A DNA stretch of 63,985 nucleotides, the filler included, from Bradymonadales bacterium (GTDB lineage: Bacteria > Bdellovibrionota > UBA2394), in the NCBI GenBank assembly GCA_007693605.1. It is 4 parts of 4 records of this genome, joined end to end, with 100 filler letters (N's around TTAATTAATTAA, not from the genome) between each part and the next. Parts side by side here need not be neighbours in the genome. Positions count along the whole stretch, not along the records: positions 23,970 to 47,717 come from REDG01000075.1; positions 47,818 to 60,829 come from REDG01000024.1; 2 more parts are not named here. One strand, given 5' to 3'. How positions within the stretch are numbered: position 1 is the stretch's first letter; the number at the start of each line of letters is the position of its first letter. A program made the translations under genes and the position numbers. The notes beneath the pieces were generated by a model. The model saw nothing but the letters and a program-made list of their open reading frames with translations. It was not told where the DNA came from and ran no database searches. Positions 38,394 through 51,653 of the stretch are shown here, piece after piece.

Positions 38394-41300
38394 TCTTAAG
38401 AAGATTCTCGTGATTGGGAGCGGGCCCATTCAGATCGGTCAGGCCTGTGAGTTTGACTATTCAGGCTCTCAAGCTCTACGGGCTCTTCAAAAGGAGGGCT
38501 TCGAAGTTGTTCTGGTGAATTCCAACCCGGCCACCATCATGACCGACCCCCAAATGTCTTCTCGAACCTATATTGAAGCCTTAGTGCCAGAGACCTTAGA
38601 AAAGGTGATTGCCAAAGAACGACCGGACGCCCTGCTCCCGACCTTAGGGGGGCAGGTGGCTTTGAATTTGGCGCTTGATCTCGATCGGATGGGAGTTCTT
38701 CAGACCTACGGCGTTCAATTGATTGGAGTTCGGTTGGAGTCCATTTCATTGGCAGAAGATCGAGAGCGATTTCGTGATCTCTTGATAAGAAACGATTTGC
38801 CCTGTCTGAAGTCTCGCTTGGTTCGTTCAGAGCAAGAGGCTCTTCAGGCCTTGAGTGAGTTTGCTTTCCCACTGATTTTGCGCCCCAACTATACCTTGGG
38901 AGGTGCAGGGGGCGGGATTGTTTACAACCAGCAGGACTTTGTTCGTCAGATGCAGGAAGCGCTAAAGGCCTCACCTACTTCAGAGGTCTTGATCGAAGAG
39001 TCGATTATTGGATGGAAAGAGCTCGAATATGAAGTGATGGCCGACTCAAAGAACCAGTTTGTCGTGATCTGTAGTATTGAGAATCTTGATCCGATGGGGG
39101 TGCATACGGGGGACTCCATGACGGTTGCGCCCGCTCAAACGCTGACGGATAAAGAGCATCAAAGGCTTCGAGAGGCTTCCAAGAAAATCTGTCTGGCGGT
39201 CGGAATTGAAACGGGAGGATGCAATATTCAGTTTGCTCTAGACCCTCTGTCAGACCGCTTTGTCGTGGTGGAAATGAATCCTCGCGTTTCTCGAAGTTCG
39301 GCTCTCGCTTCGAAGGCAACAGGTTACCCCATTGCGAAGATCTCGGCTCTTCTGGCGGTTGGTTATCATTTAGATGAACTGAAAAACGACATCACCGGTA
39401 TCACCTCCGCTTGCTTTGAGCCAGCCCTCGATTATGTGGTGCTGAAAATCCCCCGTTTTAATTTTGAAAAGTTTTCTCAGACGCAGCCGGTTCTGGGGAC
39501 ACAGATGAAATCGGTCGGAGAGGCCATGGCCCTGGGTCGAACTTTTCGAGAGGCTTGGATGCGGGCCTTTCATTCGCTCGAGACTGATCAGCCTGGTCTG
39601 GAGCTTCCATCTGATTGGCAGGCTTCAGAGCTCAGTCTCGAAAATGTTAGAAGCCCAAGGTATGATCGCTGGTATCTGATGGCCGAACTATTGCGGTCAA
39701 AAAAAGCAGGCGTTCAGCAGCTTCAAGAGGCGACAGGTATTGACCCTTGGTTTTTAAAACATCTGGATGAGCTGATTTCTCTAGAAGGGGAGCTGAAGAC
39801 CCACGCTTTGAGTCCGGTCCTTTTAAGAAAGGCGAAGACGGCCGGACTCAGTGATGAGCAGATTGCTGGATGGTGCAAGAAGACAGAGCTTCAGATCTTT
39901 CGTTTGAGAAAGCAGTGGAAGATTGATTCAGAGCTAAACCAAGTCGACACTTGTGCAGGAGAATTTGAAGCTCAAACTCCGTATTATTACTTTTCTTATG
40001 AAGACTTTCCGATGGAGTCTGGGCGCGCTCAGAAACCGGCCCCGTTAAAGGCAAGCACCAAGAAAGATTTTGTGGTGGTTTTGGGCAGTGGGCCCAATCG
40101 AATTGGGCAGGGAATTGAGTTCGATTATTGTTGTGTCAAGGCGGTTCAAAGCATTCGGAAGATGGGCCTTGAGGCGGTGATGATTAACTGCAACCCCGAG
40201 ACCGTTTCGACAGATTACGACATTTCCAATCGACTTTACTTTGAGCCCCTCACAGCAGAGTTTGTTCGACGAGTGATCGCCGAAGAAAAGAAAAGCGGCC
40301 GTTGTATTGGTATTTTGTGTCAAACCGGTGGGCAGACGGCTCTAAAATTATCTCAGGAACTTAAAGAAGAGACATTGCTTGGAACGAGTCGAGATCAGAT
40401 CGATCGAGCTGAAGATCGAGACCGATTTTACCGAATGCTGCAAAAGCTAAAGATCAAGAGACCCCCGTCGATTACTGTGAAGTCGATCAAATCTTTGCGA
40501 GCCGCCGTAAAGAAAATGGGTTTTCCGATTCTTCTTCGACCCTCCTATGTTTTGGGGGGAAGGGCGATGCACATTCTTCGCTCCCCTCTTGAGTTCGAAG
40601 CTCTGTTTGATTCAATACGGCGTCTCAAGAAGTCTTACTGGCCAATGATTGTGGACCGCTTCTTAGAAGACGCAATCGAAGTGGATGTCGATTGTGTAGG
40701 GGACGGCAAGAGGGTTCAAATCGCTTCGATTATGGAACATATTGAAGAGGCGGGCATTCATTCTGGCGATAGTTCTTGTGTGATTCCCCCACAAAGCTTG
40801 GCTTCGTCGGTACTGAAGAAAATCGAAAATCTCAGTATTTCTGTGGCGAAAGAGCTAAAGCTTAGTGGCTTCTTGAACCTTCAATTGGCAATTACGGATT
40901 CAGAGATTTTTGTTTTGGAAGTGAATCCGAGGGCTTCGAGGACAATCCCCTTTGTTTGCAAGGCGACGGGGATTGATTGGATTGAGTTGGCGATTAGGGC
41001 GATGCTTGGAGAGCGAATTGATCATCAGTTGAAGTCCATTGATCTGAAGCCGCCAAGCCTGGTTTCCGTCAAACAAGTTGTGTTTCCGTTCTTAAAGTTT
41101 CCGGGGGTGGATGTTCTTCTCGGCCCTGAAATGAAATCGACCGGGGAAGTGATGGCGGTGGGCTCGAGTTTTGAAGAGGCTTTCGTGAAGGGCTTGCTTT
41201 CATCAAATCACCGATTGAGCAAAGATGGCTCGGCTTTTGTGAGCGTGAAAGACTCTGACAAACCAAAGGTCGTAAAGCTGTGCCGAGAATTGAAGAGGCT

Positions 41301-41715
41301 GGGCTATCGAATCGTTTGCACGCATGGCACCGCTCGCTATCTTCAGTCAAAGGGAATCGTTTGCTCGGGCATTAACAAGGTCAAAGAGGGGCGGCCCCAT
41401 ATTGTGGACGCCATCATCAATCGAGAGATTCAATTGCTTGTTAATACCACCGATGGAATCGAGGCCATCTCTGACTCCTTTTCGATTCGGCGCTCTGCCC
41501 TGCAGGCGGGGATTCCCTATTTTACGAATCTGATGGCAGCTCAGGCAGCCATTTTCTCGCTTCAGCGTTGGATTCAAGGGGGGCTTGAAGTGCATTGTTT
41601 GCAGGATTTTCATCGAATCCGCCCGAATGGGCAGAGAATGAGATCTCGCTCGACCGGGAGCCCACCCGCCCTATCGGAGAGAAAAGCTCTTCAGAAATTG
41701 CCCAGAAGAAGGTAA
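38377..41715 (+). CDS. carB: Carbamoyl-phosphate synthase large subunit
   Basis: GSGPIQIGQACEFDYSG, EMNPRVSRSSALASKATG, GSGPNRIGQGIEFDY, MGS domain. Confidence 0.99.
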   Translation: MPRRNDLKKILVIGSGPIQIGQACEFDYSGSQALRALQKEGFEVVLVNSNPATIMTDPQMSSRTYIEALVPETLEKVIAKERPDALLPTLGGQVALNLALDLDRMGVLQTYGVQLIGVRLESISLAEDRERFRDLLIRNDLPCLKSRLVRSEQEALQALSEFAFPLILRPNYTLGGAGGGIVYNQQDFVRQMQEALKASPTSEVLIEESIIGWKELEYEVMADSKNQFVVICSIENLDPMGVHTGDSMTVAPAQTLTDKEHQRLREASKKICLAVGIETGGCNIQFALDPLSDRFVVVEMNPRVSRSSALASKATGYPIAKISALLAVGYHLDELKNDITGITSACFEPALDYVVLKIPRFNFEKFSQTQPVLGTQMKSVGEAMALGRTFREAWMRAFHSLETDQPGLELPSDWQASELSLENVRSPRYDRWYLMAELLRSKKAGVQQLQEATGIDPWFLKHLDELISLEGELKTHALSPVLLRKAKTAGLSDEQIAGWCKKTELQIFRLRKQWKIDSELNQVDTCAGEFEAQTPYYYFSYEDFPMESGRAQKPAPLKASTKKDFVVVLGSGPNRIGQGIEFDYCCVKAVQSIRKMGLEAVMINCNPETVSTDYDISNRLYFEPLTAEFVRRVIAEEKKSGRCIGILCQTGGQTALKLSQELKEETLLGTSRDQIDRAEDRDRFYRMLQKLKIKRPPSITVKSIKSLRAAVKKMGFPILLRPSYVLGGRAMHILRSPLEFEALFDSIRRLKKSYWPMIVDRFLEDAIEVDVDCVGDGKRVQIASIMEHIEEAGIHSGDSSCVIPPQSLASSVLKKIENLSISVAKELKLSGFLNLQLAITDSEIFVLEVNPRASRTIPFVCKATGIDWIELAIRAMLGERIDHQLKSIDLKPPSLVSVKQVVFPFLKFPGVDVLLGPEMKSTGEVMAVGSSFEEAFVKGLLSSNHRLSKDGSAFVSVKDSDKPKVVKLCRELKRLGYRIVCTHGTARYLQSKGIVCSGINKVKEGRPHIVDAIINREIQLLVNTTDGIEAISDSFSIRRSALQAGIPYFTNLMAAQAAIFSLQRWIQGGLEVHCLQDFHRIRPNGQRMRSRSTGSPPALSERKALQKLPRRR

Positions 41716-41747
41716 ACCAGATCTTTCGGAAAGTGAGGTTGCGACCG

Positions 41748-42233
41748 ATGTCTGACAGAAAAGAGCCGATGACTCCGCAGGGCCATGAAAAGTTGGTGAA
41801 AGAACTTGAGCACCTAAAGTTTGTCGAGAGGCCCGCCAATATTAAAGCCATTGAAGAGGCGAGAGCCTTGGGGGATCTCTCTGAAAACGCAGAGTACCAA
41901 TACGCCAAAGACGAGCAGGGGATGATTGCGGGGAAACTGGCCCGTTGTGAGGACTTGTTGGCTCGGGCAGAAATCATTGACCCTACCAAGTTCGAGGGGC
42001 CGCAGATCGTGTTTGGAGCCTCGGTGAAGGTGGCCGACCAGGAATCCGGAGAGGAGCTAACCTACCGGCTTCTGGGTAGCTACGAGGCCGATGTTAAATT
42101 GGGCAGCATCAGTATTGAGTCGCCCATTGGAAAGGCCTTGATTGGTCGGTCCGAGGGCGACGAAGTTCGAGTAAGAACTCCAAAGGGCGAGAGAAATTTT
42201 GTTATTCTCGAAGTGAGTTATCCTTCTGCCTAG
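41748..42233 (+). CDS. greA: Transcription elongation factor GreA
   Basis: ARALGDLSENAEY, ISIESPIGKALIG; ATG at 41748. Confidence 0.97.
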   Translation: MSDRKEPMTPQGHEKLVKELEHLKFVERPANIKAIEEARALGDLSENAEYQYAKDEQGMIAGKLARCEDLLARAEIIDPTKFEGPQIVFGASVKVADQESGEELTYRLLGSYEADVKLGSISIESPIGKALIGRSEGDEVRVRTPKGERNFVILEVSYPSA

Positions 42234-42255
42234 GTTTTCTGGAGAGACGAAGGTT

Positions 42256-44361
42256 TTGGGTCGAACGGACCAAAAAGAGAGTGGCTTACAGACGCCCTTA
42301 CAATTCTTGAAAGGGGTGGGCCCGAAGCTTGGCGAAAAGCTCCTTAAGAAGAATCTGAGCGTGATCGAAGATCTGCTCTATTTTTTGCCGAGGAGCTACG
42401 AAGACCGGAGAATTCTAAAAAATGTGAGAGACCTGAAGCTGGGGGAGAAGGTCCAGTTTATCGGGCGCATTCGGCGGGCCTACCCAGTCAATTTTGTTCG
42501 TTCTCGACAGTCGGCTTTTGAGGTTTTGCTGGAAGACTTAGATGGACCCAGCTCGCTTGTTCGACTTCGATGGTTCTATCGTCCTTATCAGTCGGAACAC
42601 TTTCAGGCCGGGCACCTTTTGCGGGTCTTTGGAGAAGTGAAGATCTATCGTGGCAATCTACAGGTCATTCATCCTGAGATAGAGGCATTGGGTCGAAAGC
42701 TCGCACCGGATGTTTTTGAGCCTCAGATCTGCCCTATCTACTCCAGCTCAGAAGGCCTCTATCAGAAGACACTCCGTAAGATTTGCAGAGAAGCCCTACT
42801 TCGTTACGGCTCGTTGATTTCTGAGTTTCTTCCGCAAGAGGTTCTGGATCGAGAAGACTTTCCCTCTCGTGCGGGGGCGCTAAAGGCCGTTCATCAACCT
42901 GAACTTCATACAGAGCTCTCAGCTTTAGTTGAAATGAGGACGCCGGCGCATCGGCGCCTGAGCTACGAAGAGTTGTTTTTGTTCTGTCTTGAGATGTCGA
43001 TGAATCGAAAGTCCTATACTGAAAAGGCAGGGCATTCGTTTGAAAAGCCGAAGCTTTTCTGGGAAAAGTTTAAAGCTCAGCTGGATTTTCGATTTACGGA
43101 GTCTCAGAAGCAGGTACTACGAGAAATTCTTGAAGATATGCAGGCCCCGCGAATGATGCATCGACTCTTGCAGGGCGATGTCGGATCCGGAAAGACCGTC
43201 GTGGCAGCGGCGGCGGCACTTGTGTGTTTAGAGTCCAAAATGCAGGTAGCTTTTTTGGCGCCCACTGAAGTTTTAGCCGAGCAACATTTTCAAAAGCTAG
43301 GCTCCTGGTTTGAGAATTTACCTGTTGAGATTCGACTGCTTACCGGTTCAACGAAGAAGGCGGAACGAGCAGAGATTGCAAAGCTTTTGCAATCGGACGG
43401 ATCGGTCATCGTGGTAGGGACTCACGCGCTTTTAGAGCCTTGGGTCAGTTTCAAAAATCTTGGTTTAGTATTGATTGATGAACAACATCGGTTCGGGGTG
43501 CTTCAAAGGGCAAAGCTTCTCGAGAAAGGAAAGTCTCCTGATCTCTTGGTCATGACGGCCACTCCTATTCCACGATCTTTGGCATTGAGTCTATATGGAG
43601 ACTTAGATGTTTCTCAGCTTAAAGAGAAGCCAGAGGGCCGACAGAGAATTCAAACCACCGTCTTTAAGTCTCAAGACCGGCTCAAGCTTGAAGGCCTAGT
43701 GAAGGAGAAGTTAAAACAAGGCCAGAAGGTCTACTGGATCTTTCCTCTCATCGAAGAGAGCGAGCATTTAGACCTGAGTAATTTAGAAGAAGCTTGGCCT
43801 CGTTTAAAAAAGATTTTCTCTGAGTTTCGCTTAGATCAGTTGCATGGGAGAATGGCGGGAGCAGAAAAGCTCAGGGTTTTGCGGGATTTTCAGGGGGGAT
43901 CGACTCAGATGCTTGTTTCTACCACGGTGGTAGAAGTGGGAGTGAATGTGCCCGAAGCGACGGGAATTGTGATTGAGAACTCTGAACGATTTGGGCTCAG
44001 CCAATTGCATCAGTTACGAGGGCGAGTGGGGCGGGGTCTTGTGGCTTCAGATTGCTTTTTGATTTTTGGAGGACAGGGAGGAAAGAAGCAGTTTCAGCGA
44101 CTCAAAGCGATGGAGGCTTCTGAAGACGGCTTTGAGCTGGCAGAATTGGATCTGAAGCTCCGAGGTCCGGGGGACTTTCGTGGAACCAAGCAGGCGGGTC
44201 TGCCTCAGTTTCGAGTGGCCAATTTGTTTTCCGATTCTGATCTCTTGATGAAGGCCAGGGAAGACGCCTTAAATTTGTTGAGTCGCGATCCGGAACTAAA
44301 GAAGCAGCCCGAACTTCGGCATCGACTGGATCGAGACCTTCAGCATCGGTTTATTCATTGA
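42256..44361 (+). CDS. recG: ATP-dependent DNA helicase RecG
   Basis: RLLQGDVGSGKT, DEQHRFG, MTATPIPR, QLHQLRGRVGRG. Confidence 0.98.
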   Translation: MGRTDQKESGLQTPLQFLKGVGPKLGEKLLKKNLSVIEDLLYFLPRSYEDRRILKNVRDLKLGEKVQFIGRIRRAYPVNFVRSRQSAFEVLLEDLDGPSSLVRLRWFYRPYQSEHFQAGHLLRVFGEVKIYRGNLQVIHPEIEALGRKLAPDVFEPQICPIYSSSEGLYQKTLRKICREALLRYGSLISEFLPQEVLDREDFPSRAGALKAVHQPELHTELSALVEMRTPAHRRLSYEELFLFCLEMSMNRKSYTEKAGHSFEKPKLFWEKFKAQLDFRFTESQKQVLREILEDMQAPRMMHRLLQGDVGSGKTVVAAAAALVCLESKMQVAFLAPTEVLAEQHFQKLGSWFENLPVEIRLLTGSTKKAERAEIAKLLQSDGSVIVVGTHALLEPWVSFKNLGLVLIDEQHRFGVLQRAKLLEKGKSPDLLVMTATPIPRSLALSLYGDLDVSQLKEKPEGRQRIQTTVFKSQDRLKLEGLVKEKLKQGQKVYWIFPLIEESEHLDLSNLEEAWPRLKKIFSEFRLDQLHGRMAGAEKLRVLRDFQGGSTQMLVSTTVVEVGVNVPEATGIVIENSERFGLSQLHQLRGRVGRGLVASDCFLIFGGQGGKKQFQRLKAMEASEDGFELAELDLKLRGPGDFRGTKQAGLPQFRVANLFSDSDLLMKAREDALNLLSRDPELKKQPELRHRLDRDLQHRFIH

Positions 44362-44433
44362 CCTCTTTTTAAAAGCAAGAGAGCCTAGGCCCATAAAGAG
44401 CATATTTTGTATTGCTGAAGGAGACAGATTGAA

Positions 44434-45186
44434 ATGAAATTTTGGAGCTTTTTGGTTTTAGGCCTTGTGGTTTTAGCGGTCAGTTCATGCGCAAGAGTCG
44501 AACAGGATCAAGTGAACGAATGGATTGATCAGTACCTCGAAGAAAAGGGCCTGGACTTTGTGGAAAAGTCGCTTGAGACCATCGTCGAAAGACGAATGGC
44601 GGAGAGAGGGCAGCAAAGGCCTCCGACCCTACAGGAGCGGCTGGCCAATCGAGTGGAGGTTTCGGTCGGGCCTTCGGCCACAAAGGGGCCGGATAATGCG
44701 CCGATCACCCTTGTCGAGTTTTCAGATTTTGGCTGCGGTTTTTGCGGACGGGCCATTCCAACTCTGAAGGAGCTGGAGAAGCTCTATGAAGGTCGCATTC
44801 GATTTGTCTTTAAACATCTGCCGATGACATTTGCGGAGCTCTCAACGCCCGCGCATATCGCAGCCATGGCCGCACAAGAACAGGGAAAGTTTTGGGAGTT
44901 TCATGCGAAGGCCTTTGCCAATCAAAGAGCTCTGAATGAAGAGAATATTCAGAAGTGGGCTCAAGAAATTGGTTTAGATATGGCTCGTTTTGAGCGAGAC
45001 CGAAAGAAACCAGAGTTTGCCCAGCGACTGGAGCAGAATCAGGCCTTTGCAAGGGCAAATGGGGTTAATGGCACGCCTGCTTTCTTCGTCAACGGGGTGC
45101 TCATCATGGGAGCTCAGCCCGTCGAAGAGTTTCAAAAGGTCATCGACGCAATACTCAGGGGTCGGGAGACGAAAGTGCCAGACTAG
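44434..45186 (+). CDS. DsbA-family thioredoxin lipoprotein
   Basis: Lipobox-like VSSC, EFSDFGCGFC, GTPAFFVNG. Confidence 0.9.
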   Translation: MKFWSFLVLGLVVLAVSSCARVEQDQVNEWIDQYLEEKGLDFVEKSLETIVERRMAERGQQRPPTLQERLANRVEVSVGPSATKGPDNAPITLVEFSDFGCGFCGRAIPTLKELEKLYEGRIRFVFKHLPMTFAELSTPAHIAAMAAQEQGKFWEFHAKAFANQRALNEENIQKWAQEIGLDMARFERDRKKPEFAQRLEQNQAFARANGVNGTPAFFVNGVLIMGAQPVEEFQKVIDAILRGRETKVPD

Positions 45187-45239
45187 AAAAGCCTGGCAAT
45201 AAACAATCTTTTCTAGTCTGGCACTTTCGTCTCCCGACC

Positions 45240-45240
<1 letters not shown>
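45158..45240. repeat. Inverted pair of family A 29-mers between convergent dsbA and purA
   Basis: 45158-45186 and 45213-45240 with AAAAG/CTTTT form a ~33-bp stem. Confidence 0.92.
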
Positions 45241-47509
<2,269 letters not shown>

Positions 47510-47565
47510 TTTCCCCCTTTTAGCCGGCTATGGCTGACAGTTTCCAACAGAAAATCAGTCCTTTT

Positions 47566-47717
47566 GGGAGTGGCGATAAGGGCCCATCTGCCCCCACTCT
47601 CAGGTCGACCTTCGGTCGACATGATTTGAGGATGGCTGCAACGCTCCTTTCCCGCGTTGCAGTGTCGGCTGCGTCGCTGCGCTTCTCGAGTGGCATTTTA
47701 ACCACACTGCGATGCTC
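47566..47717. repeat. Family B REP/MITE-like element at contig end
   Basis: GGGAGTGGCGATAAGGGCCCATCTGCCCC...GTCGACCTTCGGTCGAC, similar to 14285-14400. Confidence 0.8.
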
Positions 47718-47817
47718 NNNNNNNNNNNNNNNNNNNNNNNNNNNNNNNNNNNNNNNNNNNNTTAATTAATTAANNNNNNNNNNNNNNNNNNNNNNNNNNN
47801 NNNNNNNNNNNNNNNNN
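47718..47817. other. Artificial contig linker
   Basis: N run with TTAATTAATTAA. Confidence 0.99.
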
Positions 47818-48183
47818 GTCGTAACGCAAGACATCTAAGCCCGGGAGCTTCCTAGTTTTTGGGGTGGGGTCATAACGCAGAGAGACTCAGCTCAATTCCT
47901 TACGAACTTCGGGGCCAAGGCCGTCTTTACTCAGCACGAACACAAACCCTTCCCCTGTCACTGCTAGCCGGCCAGCAAAAAGCACAAGCCAATGAGCGGT
48001 ATGCCGGCCCGGCCTTTCCGCATAGCAATAAGGTCAACTGTGCCCCGCAAGCATTGCCCCCATTTTAGTTTGTTTCCGAAGAGCGGCAGCTGCCGACTCT
48101 TCAATGAGACTAAAAATTGATACCCCCTTGTTCGATGGCAGGGTGCGAAGTTGCTGAGCGGGGTGCGTAGGGCCCATGACAAA

Positions 48184-49530
48184 TCATATTGATCCATTTT
48201 GAGCGCTATCGCAAGAAGTTAACCGATGTGAGCTAGCCGCAGTTGATTTTTCGGCCGACCATATGTAATAGCTGCGCACCAAGCAGCCCAGGAGAAAATG
48301 GTACAAAAACGAGATACGAATCTGTTCAACCAGGTTGTTTCCGATGGCCGCGATGGGCATGATCAAGAGCCAAGCCAAAATCCCGATGTACATCGGCCAG
48401 TACGATGCTGAGACTGAGCGATTCAAAAGCACCTTTCCCGCAAAAACTATTCCCACAATCGCGGGGACAACAAAAACAATTCCGAGCCCCAAGAACCCAT
48501 AGCGAAAGACATGATAGGTATAGATCGATTCTACCAGTGACATGATTTCTTTTGATGGGCCATTTCCAAACAAAGCAACGAGCCAACTGGACCTCGCCTG
48601 TTCCATTGCAAAGTTCCACTGGGCAATGCGACCCTCAAGCGGTCCTAAGCTTTGGCCAGCCAGAACACGCTTAAAACCATGAATCAAATAATTCAGTTGT
48701 TCGGAATATGTTAGGTATAGATAAGTCCCAAGACAAAGTAGTAAAAATGAAATCAAAGCAAGTCGAACAAGGGACTTGTCGACCTTCAAGCGAACAAGCC
48801 GGTGCAAGGTGGGCAGAGCAATGGCAATGGGCAGCATGAGGCCTAAGCCGACCAGAACAGCCCCTACCACTGATCTCGATTGAGTAAGAACAACGATAAG
48901 GCCCACTAAGAGAGTTAAGAAAAAGTAGCCGAAGCGTCTACGAAACAAAGTCAATGATATCGAGTGAAACAAAAACAGGCTCATAACAAATGCCATGTCA
49001 TATGGAGCAATGAATGAACCAGTGACTTGGAGCGAGTCAACATTCGCTGGCCTTGTATACAAGTGAAACAAAGGACTAGCAATACCCGAAAGCTGAACCA
49101 AAGAAAGAACTATCAAGGCTCCACAGACTGCGAACAATACTCTCTCCAACTTTTGAATATCATGAGGGCTTTGAATGGTTGCAAAGGGCAAAAGAAAGCT
49201 GAGTGTGTACAAAAGAGGGCGGTGAACTTCAAACAAATCATTGAAAACCACTTGTGTACTCAAAAACAAGGTGGAGCCAACAATTGCCAGGGCATAGTAA
49301 CCGAAAACTACAAAAAAAAGTAACGCGACTCTTTTCTCTGGCTTAGACAGAAATTTGATCTTCCCTTTGTACAGTACAAGGTACATTCCGAGAAGCATGA
49401 TGAGGCCGCCATTGACTAGTATTGATCCGGCCCGACCGACAACACCCCTAAAACTTGGGAAGAAAAATGCGAAAAAGAAGAAGAGAAGAAGTATCTCATA
49501 TGTACCAATCTTCTTTAGTTTTAGATCCAT
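48184..49530 (-). CDS. O-antigen polymerase/ligase-like (Wzy/WaaL) membrane protein
   Basis: About 11-12 hydrophobic segments, TQSRS motif, periplasmic loop ending FGNG; glycosyltransferase context. Confidence 0.75.
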   Translation of the reverse strand: MDLKLKKIGTYEILLLFFFFAFFFPSFRGVVGRAGSILVNGGLIMLLGMYLVLYKGKIKFLSKPEKRVALLFFVVFGYYALAIVGSTLFLSTQVVFNDLFEVHRPLLYTLSFLLPFATIQSPHDIQKLERVLFAVCGALIVLSLVQLSGIASPLFHLYTRPANVDSLQVTGSFIAPYDMAFVMSLFLFHSISLTLFRRRFGYFFLTLLVGLIVVLTQSRSVVGAVLVGLGLMLPIAIALPTLHRLVRLKVDKSLVRLALISFLLLCLGTYLYLTYSEQLNYLIHGFKRVLAGQSLGPLEGRIAQWNFAMEQARSSWLVALFGNGPSKEIMSLVESIYTYHVFRYGFLGLGIVFVVPAIVGIVFAGKVLLNRSVSASYWPMYIGILAWLLIMPIAAIGNNLVEQIRISFLYHFLLGCLVRSYYIWSAEKSTAASSHRLTSCDSAQNGSI

Positions 49531-49541
49531 GATTCAGTCGA

Positions 49542-50654
49542 CTAGTGTAAAAGCGAACGATAGAAACCAAGCAGCTTTTCCTCTTGGCCCTGCCACAAGT
49601 AATTGCCGACCGCCTCCCTCCCACACTTTCCCATTGTTGATGCTTGCTGAGGCAAACTCACCTGATGCAGGGCGGCCACAATGGCCTTAGTATCCGCCGG
49701 ATCGATACAGATGCCTGAGCTATGACCCTCAATCAATCTGCGCCACACTAGGAAGTTGGAAGCAATTATCGGCAGGCCATATGCCATGTATTCAAAAAAC
49801 TTAGTCAACTCTTTCTCTCGATAGTGAGCCACATCCGGAAAAATCGCCAAGCCCGCAGTCCACGCCCCTGCCTGATAAAAGGACTCAATCTCCGAAAAGG
49901 GCAAATATCTATCAACACCGTGAAAAAACAGTCGGGACCGATTCTGACCTGCAATTGCTTGCATTCTGGCGACTAGCCCGTGGGTACAGTGGCCCACAAA
50001 ATGCACCTCGGCTGTTGGCAATAAATTGACTATGTTGGCGTGTATTAGGGCGCCCCTATTCACGGTCACATTGCCGGTGTAGATAAAGCGAGGGCTGTCG
50101 CCCTCATGGCTGGTTGCCGGCGGAGGTAGTTTGTCAATCTTCGGATAATTGAGAACCTCAATCGAATGGGGGAATCGTCTGCTATAATATTTTTCGGCAA
50201 TAATCTGCTGAAAGCTATTTGCCGCTAGTTGCTCCAGACATCCAAAAATAGGGGCCGTCATACGAGCTATGGATTTCGGTAAATATTCCTTTTGTTGAAT
50301 TGAACTGACATAATCTTCATGAATATCATACACAACCACCTTGCCAAAAAGGCGAAGCGCCAAGCCGACTGGGATCAGCTCGGGGTCGTGAAAATGATAG
50401 AGTCTTGCGCGCTGTCGAATCGCTTTAAAAAAAACAAGAAGAGGGTTTGTAAGCCACCGAACAAGCCTGTTCTTGAAGACTGGCAGCTTAATAATGCGTA
50501 CACCCTGCACAACTTCATTCTTTGTATGAGGGGCGATCAAAGTGACATCGTAACCACTTCTTGCCAATGAAACGCACTCCTTGAAGAAAATTCGGTTGTC
50601 TAGCGCTGGGTGTGCACTTGTCAGCTGTACTATATTCTCCTTTCGCTGGGCCAT
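49542..50654 (-). CDS. Glycosyltransferase family 4
   Basis: H...DNRIF.KE, HFHDPEL, YDIHED, KFFEYMAYGLPIIAS. Confidence 0.92.
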   Translation of the reverse strand: MAQRKENIVQLTSAHPALDNRIFFKECVSLARSGYDVTLIAPHTKNEVVQGVRIIKLPVFKNRLVRWLTNPLLVFFKAIRQRARLYHFHDPELIPVGLALRLFGKVVVYDIHEDYVSSIQQKEYLPKSIARMTAPIFGCLEQLAANSFQQIIAEKYYSRRFPHSIEVLNYPKIDKLPPPATSHEGDSPRFIYTGNVTVNRGALIHANIVNLLPTAEVHFVGHCTHGLVARMQAIAGQNRSRLFFHGVDRYLPFSEIESFYQAGAWTAGLAIFPDVAHYREKELTKFFEYMAYGLPIIASNFLVWRRLIEGHSSGICIDPADTKAIVAALHQVSLPQQASTMGKCGREAVGNYLWQGQEEKLLGFYRSLLH

Positions 50655-50748
50655 TCTAAACCGCCTTTAACACATAGGTGTTCACTGCAAAACTGCTCCC
50701 GCCTCGTTACTCTCGCGCAAAGCCAGGCAAGCTCGTGTTCGGCACCTA

Positions 50749-51540
50749 TCAACCAAGATACGCTCCTCGTACTTCGTACAGCGCTTTACCAATCTGGAAA
50801 AATACTGCAAGCGCCTTGGCATAGACGCGAGCCAGACCGCTCATATTACTATCAATCACCTGGAGCTGAGCTGAAAATGTTTTATGCCTCACACGAAGCC
50901 TATCTCGAACTCTCGCACGATGTTTTCGGACCCTAAAGACGGGCTTTGGTACGATGGCAAACTGCGCAGCCATCCGCAAGAGCCGCACAGAGAAATCGAC
51001 ATCTTGTGCGCGTCTCAACCCAACATCGAACAACCCAACGCGCAGCATGAGATCTTTGGTAAACAAACAACCCGTCATTGAGAAGGGCGTCTTGTATCCA
51101 CAAAGAAGCTGGTACACAAGTTGATCTGCAGTTCGCCCAGCGGGTGGTATTCGAGTACCAAGAGTCGGCCCTTCTACAAACACTTCAAAGCCCCCGACCA
51201 CCAGGTCGACACTGGGACCAGTTTCAAAGACTCGAACTCGATCCGCAATCCCGTCAGTCAACAGGCAATCGTCCGCATCCAGCACCGTGACATACTCACC
51301 CGAAAGCTCTCGAAAAGCGCGATTGACAGCAACTGACTTTCCCGCATTTTCCTGATAGAAATAGCGAAACCGCTGATCCTTTAGGAAGCCTTGAACCACA
51401 TCCACTGTGTCATCTTTGGATCCATCATCCATTACTAAGGCTTCAAAATCACAATAGATATTGGAGGCAATGCTCTCTAGGGCCTCGGGCAGCCACCTTC
51501 CCATATTGTATGTGGGGACTATAATTGATACTTTAGCCAT
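50749..51540 (-). CDS. Glycosyltransferase family 2
   Basis: VSIIVPTYN, DDGSKD, LDADD. Confidence 0.93.
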   Translation of the reverse strand: MAKVSIIVPTYNMGRWLPEALESIASNIYCDFEALVMDDGSKDDTVDVVQGFLKDQRFRYFYQENAGKSVAVNRAFRELSGEYVTVLDADDCLLTDGIADRVRVFETGPSVDLVVGGFEVFVEGPTLGTRIPPAGRTADQLVYQLLCGYKTPFSMTGCLFTKDLMLRVGLFDVGLRRAQDVDFSVRLLRMAAQFAIVPKPVFRVRKHRARVRDRLRVRHKTFSAQLQVIDSNMSGLARVYAKALAVFFQIGKALYEVRGAYLG

Positions 51541-51653
51541 CGCTTTAGAACTCAGAAAGGAGGTTGGCAATAATTTTAAAGGGCGTCAAATATGAGTTTC
51601 TGCTGCATGTTTTTTCTGGGCACCGTGACTGAAACTCCGCTAAAAGGGGCAAA

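Noticed and set aside
47818..47883. Possible acyltransferase N-terminus (KLPGLDVLR) at the contig edge
   Set aside because: No nearby in-frame start; better explained by a short direct repeat GTCRTAACGCA
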